Notes under the pieces: generated by a model
Told to the model about the DNA's origin: nothing
The model's database searches: none
Seen by the model: the letters and a program-made list of their open reading frames with translations, nothing else
Translations under genes and position numbers: made by a program
Shown here: piece by piece, positions 1-11,946 of the stretch
Layout: every line of letters starts with the position of its first letter
Numbering within the stretch: position 1 is the stretch's first letter
Source of the DNA: Octopus sinensis
Lineage: Eukaryota
NCBI RefSeq assembly: GCF_006345805.1
Contig: NC_042998.1
Span: 142,538,001 to 142,602,000, forward strand
Length of the DNA: 64,000 nt
Direction of reading: 5' to 3'

Positions 1-107
1 TGTTCTGCGAGGTACGTCGCAGTCGGCTAAATTTTTTAGTAGATAGAACTGTATTATTACCAGTTGAAAGTTGGAATGCAGAGTTTCAATATATATATAG
101 AGAGAGA

Positions 108-308
108 GTTGTCCAAAAGTCACCCGACAGTAAATCAAAATTTATTCATTCCAATTATGAATGTCTAATAATTGAATGCTGTGAGTTAAAAATCGCCGTT
201 TTTTTCAACGTTTGTCTATTAGCGAAGTCTTATATAAAATGATTTTACGTTTTAATTTTGAAATTAAATGGTTTTGCTTTACTGTCAGGTGACTTTTGGC
301 CAACCCAG
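108..308. mobile_element. Tc1/mariner-type MITE (~200 bp)
   Basis: Imperfect terminal inverted repeats gttgtccaaaagtcacccgacagtaaa (108-134) and tttactgtcaggtgacttttggccaac (278-304); both ends abut TA runs; no ORF. Confidence 0.6.
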
Positions 309-508
309 TATATATATATATATATATACAGAGCTTGGCGTAAGTCCATTTATCCGTTAATCATTAATTAACGAATTTAAAATTTTAAGTTAACTTTGAA
401 AATCATTATCGGACTAATTAACTTCCGTTAACTCAAGCCTGTTAACCCCAAAATTTCATAAAACCGGTAAACGTTTAAAAGATTCCATTGTTTTCAGATT
501 GTCTTAGC

Positions 509-659
509 ATATTTCGTACCACAGTGTGGGATAATTTTTACCACAGTTTTTTTTTTCGGATGCATTCAATGCATCTGATCTCCAAACCCGCTGGAAGCCA
601 CTTTTCTTTGTGGAAAAGAAACTGTGGTAAAAATTATTCCACACTGTGATACGAAATAT
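509..659. repeat. Inverted repeat with 41-bp arms and 69-bp spacer (small MITE-like)
   Basis: atatttcgtaccacagtgtgggataatttttaccacagttt (509-549) is the reverse complement of 619-659 with 2 mismatches. Confidence 0.75.
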
Positions 660-1189
660 TTTCCGAAAGAATAAAATCTTGTACCGATTATGCCTTATTT
701 TAATTAATTCAAATTAATGTACCTCATATTAAAAAGTGACAAACTTTTTATCGGTTGCCATCTGGGTGGGATAATTTTAGTAATAAATCAAACAGGTAAG
801 ATGCATTAAGAATTTCAATTTTAGTTTTATCCTAATATTATTGCTTTTACACCTGTTAATTAAATTTACCTGCCTATAAAAGTCAAATTTATTCAGCAAG
901 ATCAGCTAAAATTACATAACTATAAACCAGTTGTATATAAAGCACCCACTAACAAAATTTCAAGTCTGTATGTAAAAAATTCACAAAGTTACAAACAAAT
1001 ATTGTGGATACCCCTCTTGAACCTGAATAATTCAAAATACCGTGAACAAATACGCATTACATTTGACAGATTAATATGAACACTAAAGATGCTTTTAGGT
1101 GTTTTTTTCTTACACACATGGTTGGGACTACCCGTGTGCTACTTTGACATCATCATTCGATAAAATTTGTTGTCGGGAGAAAAATATTG

Positions 1190-1560
1190 AAAAATATCCA
1201 TAGATGTGTGAGTGAGAAAGAAACGAGGCGATTTGGGGATGTGCTAAAAATAATGGCTAGATCTCCCTAAAATCACACATTCTCCTCTGAAATTATTAAC
1301 AGTTTTTAAAACCGAAAATGTTTCTCTCACGGGTTTTAAGTGCGCAGTAAAAAAAAAATGACCAAAATCGTTTTGGACTGGGGTGTTGAGGGGGTGGCGG
1401 GAGTGATTCCAACTTATGTGGGCCGTCTGATCCGAAACTCCGTTTTCCAGAAATTCCTCCCCACCTTCCTTCCAAAAATGTTGCCCACAAATTTTTTTGT
1501 AATCGTAATCTACATCATTTGAAAGGTATTTGTATAAAATTACATTAAAAATATCTATTT
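1190..1560. mobile_element. Copy of an abundant AT-rich non-autonomous DNA-element family
   Basis: Clear similarity to 28330-28860; related inverted copies at ~27840-28020 and 49415-50097. Confidence 0.5.
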
Positions 1561-1977
1561 TCCAGAAAGTCCACCCCCATCCTCACTGAGGTTGGGGTGG
1601 ATTTACGAGTGTTTCACCCTACCCCATTTTTCGCGAAAAGTGTAGTATTATAGATGCATTGAGATGTGGGGAGTCTGAAAGTGAATATAATTTTCCCCTT
1701 ACGATGTACAGTTTTGAAGTAGTTAGGAAACGTACATATAACTTTGGAAATCACCTTCCAATGATTTCATCCAGTAAGGGCTATTCAAGCCGTCGACTTT
1801 CAGAAAAAAGTCGACGAAATTCTTTTTAAAGTTTGGAAGAGAATTCGACATTCACGAAATCTTGAAGCCAGTGGCGACTCGTTGATAAAACTAGTGGGAG
1901 TGTTGCTTCAGAAAATTTTTAGTTGTTGTTTTAATATTGTGCAAAAGGAAACAAACATATAAAAGAAAATTTCTCGA

Positions 1978-2270
1978 AAATAGACTACAAAGCAAATAAC
2001 ACCACTGCTCTTACAATAACTGAAAGCAAGCAGTAAAAAATTTGCTCTTCTTTGCCTTTCTTTCTATTGACCACTTAACACGGCTGAAAGGCAAGCAGTA
2101 AAATATCTGCTTTCTCTTTCTTGACTATTTTTTGTTTTGACCCTGTTTTTGATGCCCCTTTCTAAAAAATAATAGACTACAAAGAAAATAACACCAATGC
2201 TTTTAATAATATTTAAAAGCAAGATGTAAAACTTTGCTTTCCTTTCCCTTTCTTTTTATTGACCACTTAA
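1978..2270. repeat. Degenerate direct duplication (~100-bp unit, ~190-bp spacing)
   Basis: aatagactacaaag...attgaccacttaa occurs at ~1978-2080 and ~2170-2270. Confidence 0.6.
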
Positions 2271-2353
2271 TACTTCGAAATGAAGGAAGGCGAAATAAAA
2301 AGTAAATATGACTACATTGAATCTAGTGAAAATTATTAATAATCAATAATATA

Positions 2354-2461
2354 TTACCATACATACACCCACCAAACCGACGGCGATTCATTTACATTTT
2401 TACATACTTATACTTTATAATTTCTTTGTATCGTTTTCTCTCTCTCTCTCTCTCTCCTTCA

Positions 2462-2493
<32 letters not shown>

Positions 2494-3139
2494 TTATGCT
2501 AATAGGTGATCAATCAATCAATCGACAGATAAACAGATCTCTTTTTAAGATGGTAAGCTGTAATATTGTGATTTGGCTACTATTTTTAAGGGATCAAATA
2601 ATAACGAACCAATTTGCCAAGTTAAAATATATATTATTTTTCTCATCACAGATACAACACCCACCCCTCCTCAACATGTTTTTATACCATTGCAATTAAC
2701 TTGGACCCTACATATAACGTACGAGCGTTCTTCGTATGCTTGTTCGATCCCCGTTAAATTATAGTAAGATGACCTCTGCAGGATATGATTCAAATCGTAG
2801 AGACCGGTAATTAAATACCATAAAACCCTTATTCCATCAGTCTGTTATAACTGCTGTTCACACAGAAAACAGTTTGAAATACGCGGTAAGTTCTCGTTTA
2901 CGTGAAAGCGGGTCACTCATGTGTGCCAATTTTGAAAATAGTCGATATTTAATAGTCCTCGTACATAATTTCATGTGTTTCTATATATATACACACACCA
3001 CACACACACCACACATATATACACACACACATACACACACACACACACAACACACACATATATATATATTATATATGTATATATATATATGTATATATAT
3101 ATATAGATATATATATATATATAGGTATATATATATATG

Positions 3140-3171
<32 letters not shown>

Positions 3172-3208
3172 ATATATATATATGTATATATATATATGTA
3201 TTATATAC

Positions 3209-3270
<62 letters not shown>

Positions 3271-3300
3271 TATGTATATATATACATTATATATATATAT

Positions 3301-3336
<36 letters not shown>

Positions 3337-3344
3337 ATATATTA

Positions 3345-3383
<39 letters not shown>

Positions 3384-3384
3384 G

Positions 3385-3450
<66 letters not shown>

Positions 3451-3511
3451 ATATATATATATATATCATATATATATATATATATATATATGTAATATAT
3501 ATATATATATA

Positions 3512-3550
<39 letters not shown>

Positions 3551-4762
3551 ATATATATATATATTATATATATATATATATATATCTATATATATATATA
3601 TTGTATATATATACATATATAATATATATGTATATATATATATAGATATATATATGTATATATTACATATATATATATATATGTATATATCTACATATAT
3701 ATATTATATATATATATATACATATATATATATTATATATATACATATATATAGATATATACATATATATATATATATGTATATATGTATATATATACAT
3801 ATATATAGATATATACATAATATATATATAATATATATATATATGTAATATATACATATATATAGATATATACATATATATAGATATATATATATATATA
3901 TAGATATACATATATATAGATATATACATATATGTATATATATACATATATATAGATATATACATATATGTATATATATACATATATGTATATATACATA
4001 TATGTATATATATACATATATATAGATATATACATATATGTATATATATACATATATATAGATATACACATATATAGATATACATATATATAGATATACA
4101 CACACATATATATATGTACGGACAGATAGACAGACAGACAAAGAGAGAGAGAGAGAGAATGAGGACTATTAAATATCGACTATTTTCAAAATTGGCACAC
4201 ATGAGTGACCCGCTTTCACGTAAACGAGAACTTACCGCGTATTTCAAACTGTTTTCTGTGTGAACAGCAGTTATAACAGACTGATGGAATAAAGGTTTTA
4301 TGGTATTTAATTACCGGTCTCTACGATTTGAATCATATCCTGCAGGGGTCATCTTACTATAATTTAACGGGGAACGAACAAGCATACGAAGAAAGCTCGT
4401 ACGTTATATGTAGGGTCCAAGTTAATTGCAATGGTATAAAAACATGTTGAGGAGGGGTGGGTGTTGTATCTGTGATGAGAAAAATAATATATATTTTAAC
4501 TTGGCAAATTGGTTCGTTATTATTCGATCCCTTAAAAATAGTAGCCAAATCACTATAATATTACAGCTTACCATCTTAAAAAGAGATCTGTTTATCTGTC
4601 GATTGATTGATTGATCACCTATTAGCATAAACACACACACAGAAAGACAGAGAGAGAGAGAGAGAGAACGAGACAAAGAAATTATAAAGTATAAGTACGT
4701 AAAAATGTAAATGAATCTCCGTCGGTTTCGACGAGTTTTCCAGTTTGGTGGGTGTATGGTAA
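2354..4762. mobile_element. 2.4-kb foldback element: ~605-bp inverted arms around a ~1.2-kb (AT)n/(AC)n core
   Basis: 2354-2960 is the reverse complement of 4161-4762; the ORF track shows mirrored peptides ([13 protein letters not shown]..., MATIFKGSNNNEP...) on opposite strands; the spacer is microsatellite. Confidence 0.9.
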
Positions 4763-4768
4763 AAAACT

Positions 4769-4890
4769 AGTTTCCCAACCACATGGCTCCAGGTTCAGTG
4801 CTACTGTGTAATACCCTGGGCAACTGTCGGGCCGACCATAGCCTCGTGAATGGATTTGGTAGGCGGAAATTGAAAGAAGCCCGTCGTGTG
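4769..4890 (+). mobile_element. SINE family A fragment (tRNA-derived, CORE-like block)
   Basis: ttcccaaccacatgg...ggatttggtag..gaaattgaaagaagcccgtcgt matches the full copies at 23498 and 40925. Confidence 0.7.
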
Positions 4891-4924
4891 TGTGTGTACA
4901 GTTGAATTGTGGATTTGTACCAAT

Positions 4925-5482
4925 TGTAACGGGAGAAATTGATTATTAACAATATTATTGAATGTCGTTGGAGGCAGTGGTAACGATAATTATTTGTTGT
5001 TATTCTTATTGCATACTGTAGGATGTGGAAGATGAACAATGCACGAAGTTTTATGGAAATATTTATTTACCGTTACGTTACAATACCTTGCCTCGACGAG
5101 CAGGTTGTGATAGATCCAAAAGCATGCGAAAGTTAGATGCGGTAGAATGTTTAAGCTTGGGTTCTCTTCATTGTTTAGTAGTAATTGCTGAGACAGATAG
5201 CATGATGCTGTAAGAGAACAGAATTAGAGCTAGAGAGAAGTGTTGGGTGCTGTCTGACAGTAAATTTCATTTCTCCCTCTGACCGAGTGGTGACTAACTG
5301 ATTTTTGTTTTGGGTCAAGTAGGGAAGACATTATTTCGGCCTAGGTAAAGGCATCTGGAAAATGTAAAAACTGCTGTCAGAGAAAAACCATTGTTCCACC
5401 GTGGGAAAAGTTCTGTAGCAGTGTTAATTTTAATTTGGCTGTGGTGGATCGAATCCACTTCATGCATGCAAGATTTGCTACA
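4925..5482. mobile_element. Probable solo LTR, internally deleted copy
   Basis: TGTAACGG...GCTACA termini; colinear with 39214-39980 but lacks ~200 bp of its middle; no TSD visible. Confidence 0.6.
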
Positions 5483-5925
5483 TATCCATTGCGGCTGATC
5501 TTACCAATTGGTTTCGCACTAGGGGTTATTTATTCAGACCCTTTACATTCTGAGTTCAAATTTATCTTTTAATCATGTCATGCACATTAGATTAGTATAA
5601 CTTATTATTAGATAAAATACCTTATCATATTTATTTCGATACTTTCTGTTCTAAATTTACGTGGGACAATGATGCCATCTTGGAAAGCTTTCAGTTTCGA
5701 AGTCCAGGACCATGCTTCGGAAGAGATATAACTGATTTATGTCTCCAATTGTTAGCCATACAGTATTCATCCTCAATATAAAACAGTCAGAAAAAAAAGA
5801 CTACATTCTTCTATGATTTCATAGCTAAAGCTTTCTAATATTTAGATATATTTAACTCCTGATTCAATGTTGTGTATTATATGTAAACATATACACATAT
5901 TTTTATGGATTTATGTACATATTCG

Positions 5926-6195
5926 TGAAGGCATATGGCCTGGTGGCTAGGCGTGTGACACTCACCATCGTGGTTTTTAATTCTCAGTCTGGGTGTACGT
6001 TGTGTTCTTGAGTAAAACATTTCATTTCACGTTGCTCCAGTCCACTCATCTGTAAATGGGTATCCCTTCGAGGGACTGGCTTTCTGATCAGTGGAAATGT
6101 TGGCCTAGCTACCTAGCCAGCAGGGTGGCATCATTCGAAAGCTAAAACGATGCAAAGCGCATTGTGACCAGCGATGTATAACATCTAATAACCTA
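5926..6195 (+). mobile_element. SINE family C (tRNA-like head; tgtgttcttgagtaaaacatttcatttcacgttgctccagtccactca block)
   Basis: Degenerate tRNA A-box-like 5' end followed by a central block recalled from octopus SINEs. Confidence 0.5.
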
Positions 6196-6269
6196 GTAGA
6201 TCCCGTGATGTATATATAATCACAGATGTGCACATATGTATATATGTGTATGCTGCATATTATCCAATG

Positions 6270-6770
6270 ATGATCTCATCTTGGAGAAAACTTCTACAAG
6301 TGAACTTGGATCAAATCTCAGCTTAAAATATGTGACTACTTCTCATGCAAAAAGTAAAATCTTGGTTAACAGAAATGGGAGGAAAAGTTAAGTAAAGATA
6401 TGTTTAAAAAAAGTAAAGCTAATTAAAGATAAGAAAAAAGTAAAGGGTAGAAACAGCGATTGTAATTGTTCTAAAAAGAAATTTCAACCCATCTTCAATG
6501 ACCAGAATTCATCATTATGATCACTATTCAACGATCATGTTCAATGTTGGCATAGGTTAAATGGTTTGACAGAATTCAGTGGGTTCAGGGAATGTATTGT
6601 ACTCTATCGTTTAGGCATGGTTTCCATGGATGGATACCCTTCTTAATGTGAACCAGTTTACAGTGCTTTCTTTGTGGCACCAACAGTAGTGAAGTTACTA
6701 CGCAGCTTGCAAGAGTGCGATCCCTGAATAGGCAGGTGAGGACTTTACACTCGGAGAAAGAGTAGAGACG
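6270..6770. repeat. Segmental-duplication block c (paralog at 17972-18480)
   Basis: atgatctcatcttggagaaaac...gaattcatcattatgatcacta is near-identical in both places; the right part is an RTE 3' fragment shared by both copies. Confidence 0.8.
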
Positions 6771-7244
6771 TATAAAATATGAAAAGGACTGGAGCAGAAC
6801 AGGTTTCTTGCTGTAGAAGAGCTACATGATTGCTCACATTTTACTAGATGTGGAGCTGTTACCAACTACCTGTGTCGTTTTCTATTGTCTCGTCCTTATT
6901 CTGTTGTTTTTCACTTGTTTGTTTTTGTCATCGTTTTTACATCCATTTACTTATCTCTGTAGCTTTTTGCTGTTGACGCCACAAAAATGAAGTCTTATCG
7001 CTAATGGAGCAAAAGTGTAATGACTTTTGGCCGATAACTGATGAAAGATGTGCATGTCTATATCTTGTGTGCTTTCCGTCCTGTGCAACATTTTACTCCC
7101 TTCCCTCTGTTTTATATAAATAATTTCCTGATGATGCCTCTAATTAAAAGAGGAACCTGCAAGTAAATATAAACCCACAAAAAGTAACCAAAAAATCAAG
7201 CCGTAATACAAAACAAAATCAATTTCGCACAAAGTGGGAAAAAT

Positions 7245-10200
7245 TGGGTGTTTTGTCGTGTGTCACGTCAAACGATCACAAAGTTAGCCGTGAGGAGGTC
7301 ATTTGGTACGGAGGATCTGGGTGTACTCAGTTGAGCAAGGTACCTTTTGACGTCCGGGTCAGTTTTCGTATTCGGAAGGAACTCTCCTGGCACTGTAAGA
7401 GGAGCACCGTACACCATTTCCGCGGAGGAAGTGCTGAGATTTTCTTTTGGGGCGGTGTGGATCCTCAGCATCACCTAGGGAGTTAGTCAATCCAATTTGG
7501 CCCGTTAAGTCTGGCTGTCAAGGATTCCTTCAGACGGCAGTGAAATCTCTCCAGTAACCCGTTGGCCTATGGGTGGTAGGCTGTTGTGCGGTTCATTGTG
7601 TTTGGACCCCGATCGGATGAAATGCTATCTGGGACACCGAAAGAGGCGATGAAGACTCGGCTGACTTCTTGTGTTTCCATGCTGCGGAGAGGGATAGCTT
7701 CAGGGCAACGGGTGTAGCGATCTGCGAAGGTCAGTAGATACGAGCAACCCTCTGAAGGTGGTATGGGGCCGACAAGGTCAATGTTGACATGGCTGAATCG
7801 GGCCTGAGGAGGTTCATAGTTGCCGAAGGGTACTTTGGTGTGTTCATGGACCTTGGCTTGTTGACAGGAGATGCAGGACATGGTCCAGTTCCCGATTTGC
7901 CTGGCCATACTGAGCCAGATAAATTTGCTTGACAACAGCCGCTGTGTGACTTTAGTTCAAATTCCGAGTTCAAATTCCGCCGAGGTCGACTTTGCCTTTC
8001 ATCCTTTCGGGGTCGATAAATTAAGTACCAGTTACGCACTGGGGTCGATATAATCGACTTATTCCGTTTGTCTGTCCTTGTTTGTCCTCTCTGTGTTTAG
8101 TCCCTTGTGGGTAGTAAAGAAATAGCTGTGTGGCTTTAGTACCTGGGTGGGAAAGTCCATGAATGATATCAAAAACTTTCTTGCGCCAGGTTGATGGGAC
8201 GATCAGTCGAGGCTTCCCAGTGGATACGTCACACAGTAGGGTTGTGCCGTTAGAGCCAAAGTGTATATCTTGCAAAAAAAGTGATATGATGGCAGTGCGG
8301 TAGGCTCTGATCTCGTTATCTGTCTGTTGGGTAGGAGCACGAGAAAGTGCGTCGGCAACTGGGTTGCCCTTGCCATCTATATGTTGGATGTCTATGGTGT
8401 ACTCAGAAATTGCCGGTGGCTGTCGTTGCTGGCGTGCAGACCAAGGCCCCGAGAGCTTGCTCATAGCAAAGATAAGTAGTTTGTGATCCGTGAGTACTGT
8501 AAACGTGCGGCGTTGAAGGAAATAGCGAAAGTGGCAGGCACCTAGATGGACAGCCAGTAGCTCCCTGTCGAAAGCACTGTATTTCTGTTCAGGGGATCTT
8601 AGTTGTCAGCTGAAGAAGGCGAGCAGTCGCCACTGCCTGTTGCTGTATTGTTTCAAAACGCCTCCAATGGCTGTGTCGGATGCGTCAACTGTGAGTGCAA
8701 TCCAAGCTGATATATGAGGATGGGACAGCATGGTTGCTTGAGCCAGGGCTTGTTTTGTGGATTCGAAGGCTGAAGTCATTGTACTATCCCACTCCACCTG
8801 TCTTTTTGAACCATCTTTTGACAGTGCCTTATATAGGGGTCTCATCATTTTTACTGCAGAAGGGATGAAGCGATGGTAAAAGTTTACCATGCCCACGAAT
8901 TGATATAGAGCCTTGTTTGTGGTGGGGCGTGGAAAGAATAGGATAGCTTTTACTTTTCTTGGCAGGGGTGTAGTGCCGGCACTTGTGATTCGATGTCCCA
9001 AGAAGTCGATTTCTGTCACACCAAAAATGCACTTGGCGGGGTTGATTACTAAACCATACTGTTCCAGCCTACCGAAAAAAGTCACTAGGTGCTTATGTAG
9101 CTCTGCGTTTGGGCTTGCAATAAGGATATAATCTAAGTATGCAAAGACAAAATCGAGACCTTTGCATACAGTGTCTAACAGGCGTTGGAAGAATTGTGCC
9201 GCATTTTTCAGCCCAAAGGGTGTATGTATGGATTCGTACAGACCGAAAGGAATGATCACAGCAGCTTTCGTCGTCTTGTACTGGTATTTGGTGGTATTCC
9301 CAAATGAGGTCAACCTTGGAGAAAACCGAGCACCCGGCTAGCTGGGTTGAAAAATCCTGTATGGAATGGGGTAGCAGTTAGATGTCGTACCCGCGTTGAG
9401 ACGGCGGTAATCTCCACAGGTTCGACAACTTCTGTTGAATTTGGGGGCCACATGCAGGGTGGGAGGGAAGGGACTGTTTGATCGGCGAACTATCCCCAAT
9501 GCCTCCATATTGTCGAATTCGGCCTTTGCGATTGCAAGTTTGTCTGGTGATAGACGACGTGCGCGGTTGGCACGGGGGGGGGGGGGGGTGAAGATGTGGT
9601 GTGTCACCCTGTGGCGAGCTGTAGGTTTGGAGAATATCGGAGTGATGATATTGAAGCGACTTACAAGATGATCCGAGAATTCGTTCTTGGTCTGCGAGTT
9701 GGTCGCTATGAGGAGGGAGGGAGACATGTGCAGATGTTGCAAGAGGTATGGAAACGTATGTATTGTTGTCGAGGAGTCGTCTTCCCCGCAAATCAACCAG
9801 TAGCAAGTGTGCTCAAAGAAAGTCTGATTATGAGCTGATGGACATCGGCGATGGTGAATGCCCATGTGTATTTTTGTGAGCCGATGTTGAGAGAACGGGC
9901 GCGACGACCGTATGTCTTGATTGTGGACCCATTGGCGGCTGTTAAAGGTTGGCTCCGCTTTCCAGTCCCTTGCCGATGCCGGGATCACGCTGACTTCTGC
10001 TCCTGTATCGATTAAGAACCTATGTCTGGAGCTGCAATCACAGACATAGAGGAGCATTTGGTCATGTCTGCTGGCCACCAGGACGTTCAATGGCGGCCGG
10101 TCCTAGAGTTTCCCTGGGTCACTGGTGAAGGGATCCCGAAGCTACATGGTTGTTTGCACGTTGTCACCTTTTCCCTGTACTTTGCGAAGTAGAAGCACAG

Positions 10201-11019
10201 GTCATCATACTTAACCCTACCCTGTCTCGGGGCTTGACCCTATGGCGTTGACCATGACACCACTGGATAAAAAATGTTTGTCAGCTACCTTTGCTAATTG
10301 CCGCAGGTCCTTGATTTTGGTATGAGTTATGAGGGCCTGAACCTGGAGAGGCAGCTTGCGGAGAATTGTTTCCTTAAACAAAAAGGAAGGTGACCCACCG
10401 TAGATAGGGGACTAATGCCAACATTCTGTCCATCAGTTCTGAAGGCTTGGAATCGCCTAATTCCTCCTCCAATATCTTGACTGCCGCTTTTCTTTCACTG
10501 CGTCGGAATGTATCCACTAGCCTATCTTTCAATATGGCGTATTTCTTCGTTGGTGGGGGTTGGGTTAAAATGTCCAGTACCCTCGTTGCCGTATCTTCGT
10601 CTAGTGCTGCCACAACGCACGAGTACTTCGTTTGGTCGGCCGTTACCTTGTTTATATCGAATTGAGCTTCCACCTGCGCCAACCATAGTTCAGCCCTCTT
10701 AGGCCGGAACTATGGTAGCCTCAGTGTTGTTTTGTTACTAGCCATGTTTGTTTCGGAGTGCTATTGTTCTATTGTCGGAGTCATCAGTTATAGCTTTGTT
10801 AAGCTATACGCAAACAAACTAGGAGACGAGAATACAGATATCAAAGGTTTATTACCTAACGTACATCAGGGTTTAAGTCGCCAGTTATTTCTGTTTAGTT
10901 CATTCAGATTAGTTTCACACTCACTGTCGACATTCTTTTTTTACCTTCTCATACCGGAAGTTCCTTTTCTTGCTGCCGATCAACTTCCTAGCTAGCCCGC
11001 AGCGAAGTTTCTGTCTACA
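7245..11019 (-). mobile_element. Decayed Ty3/Gypsy LTR retrotransposon (CsRN1-like), 3' LTR missing
   Basis: gag (AQVEAQF...TKYSCVVAAL, 10374-10720), protease (FLIDTGAEVSVIP), RT (TAVIIPFGLYE...FGLKNAAQFFQR...AYLDYILI), RNase H (TVDASDTAIGGVL), integrase (FSHVNIDLVGP...SDRG); tRNA-Trp-like PBS TGATGACTCCGAC at 10774-10786; putative 5' LTR ~10787-11019 starting TGTAG; many frameshifts and stops. Confidence 0.92.
7957..8124 (+). mobile_element. 5'-truncated SINE family B inserted in the Gypsy integrase with a 16-bp TSD
   Basis: gctgtgtgactttagt (7941-7956) / gctgtgtggctttagt (8125-8140); body carries gcctttcatcctttcggggtcgataaattaagtacc. Confidence 0.85.
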
Positions 11020-11042
11020 GTTCATCTGTCACGAATCCTGCC

Positions 11043-11198
11043 CTACATGGTGGCCTTTCTTGTAGCTTTAGCCCTTTGAGGTTTGGTAACCTTCTTTAGA
11101 GACTTGCTCTTTTGAGGTTTAACAACCCTAGGCTTCTCCCCCCGATATGTCGAAACTTTCTTCTCTTTGGCAGTTTTCTTCCCCTTCGTCTCAGTCAT
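11043..11198 (-). pseudogene. Histone H1-derived remnant / 51-aa Lys-rich mini-ORF lacking the globular domain
   Basis: MTETKGKKTAKEKKVSTYRGEKPRVVKPQKSKSLKKVTKPQRAKATRKATM*; KPQKSKS and KKVTKP align at DNA level to the H1 tail at 26053-26180; H1 flank homologues lie at 7152-7227 and 11944-12960. Confidence 0.75.
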
Positions 11199-11224
11199 GC
11201 CGATTTCGCTCGATAAAGGCAATG

Positions 11225-11600
11225 GTAGCTGTCTGGGAACAAACTTTGCCCCAATTTTGCGCATGTTCAGATCTCATGAATAATTCTGTCTCCAGTTGCC
11301 ACCAACTTCAAACTGTACGCTTATTGTCTTTAAAGACACAGGACGGTCTTCATCCAGAAAACTGCGAATTTTCTCAACCAGCACTGATGTTCTAACGTCC
11401 CTCCCCATCCCATTGTCTCTCACCTCCCTTGAATCTCTTGTACCAGCGAAAAACATGCTCGCCCCATACTTCCATAAGTAGTCTGGAGCATTTTTGCCCA
11501 GTTTAATACAATATTTTATTGCAGAGCGAGCATTCAAATTGTTTTCGCGTCCCAACTGCATCCTGTAAGCTTGTCAGCTGTGACAAGCAGTGTCTAGTAC
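11225..11600 (-). mobile_element. Mariner transposase 5' fragment (HTH region)
   Basis: NARSAIKYCIKLGKNA...VEKIRSFLDEDRPVSLKTIS...DLNMRKIGAKFVPRQL resembles the mariner N-terminal DNA-binding region; frameshifted and truncated. Confidence 0.8.
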
Positions 11601-11794
11601 GGTGTGTACAGGGAGCTGTTACAACTGTCTCTCTCAATCTAGAATTTAAAAAATGTTGGCATGTCAGATTATTACGTGTATAGAAATGAAATATTAAAAT
11701 TACTATAATCTAGGATAGTTATGACTGCTTCTCCTAAAATAGTCTTAAAACTTCTGGAATGCAACACAAGACGAAATGAATAATACTTATTTCT

Positions 11795-11946
11795 TTATTG
11801 CCCACAGGGGGCTACTTATTTAATCGACCCCGAAAGGATGAAAGGCAAAGTCGACCTCGGCGGAATTTGATCTCAAAACGTGACGGCAGACGAAACACCG
11901 CTAGGCATTTCGCCCGGCATGCTAACGTTTCTGCCAGCTCGCCGTC
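11795..11946 (-). mobile_element. SINE family B
   Basis: Reverse complement begins GGCGAGCTGGCAGAAACGTTAGCATGCCGGGCG and contains GTCGACTTTGCCTTTCATCCTTTCGGGGTCG. Confidence 0.85.

Noticed and set aside
2874-4247. Long Y/I/H/T-rich ORFs (also around 12967-13424, 13775-14109, 46040-46362)
   Set aside because: Translations of (AT)n/(AC)n microsatellites; not genes.
7261-11033. tgtcacg at 7261 and 11027 as TSD or LTR ends of the Gypsy
   Set aside because: The left copy lies within integrase-coding sequence (FVIV*RD), so the match is coincidental.
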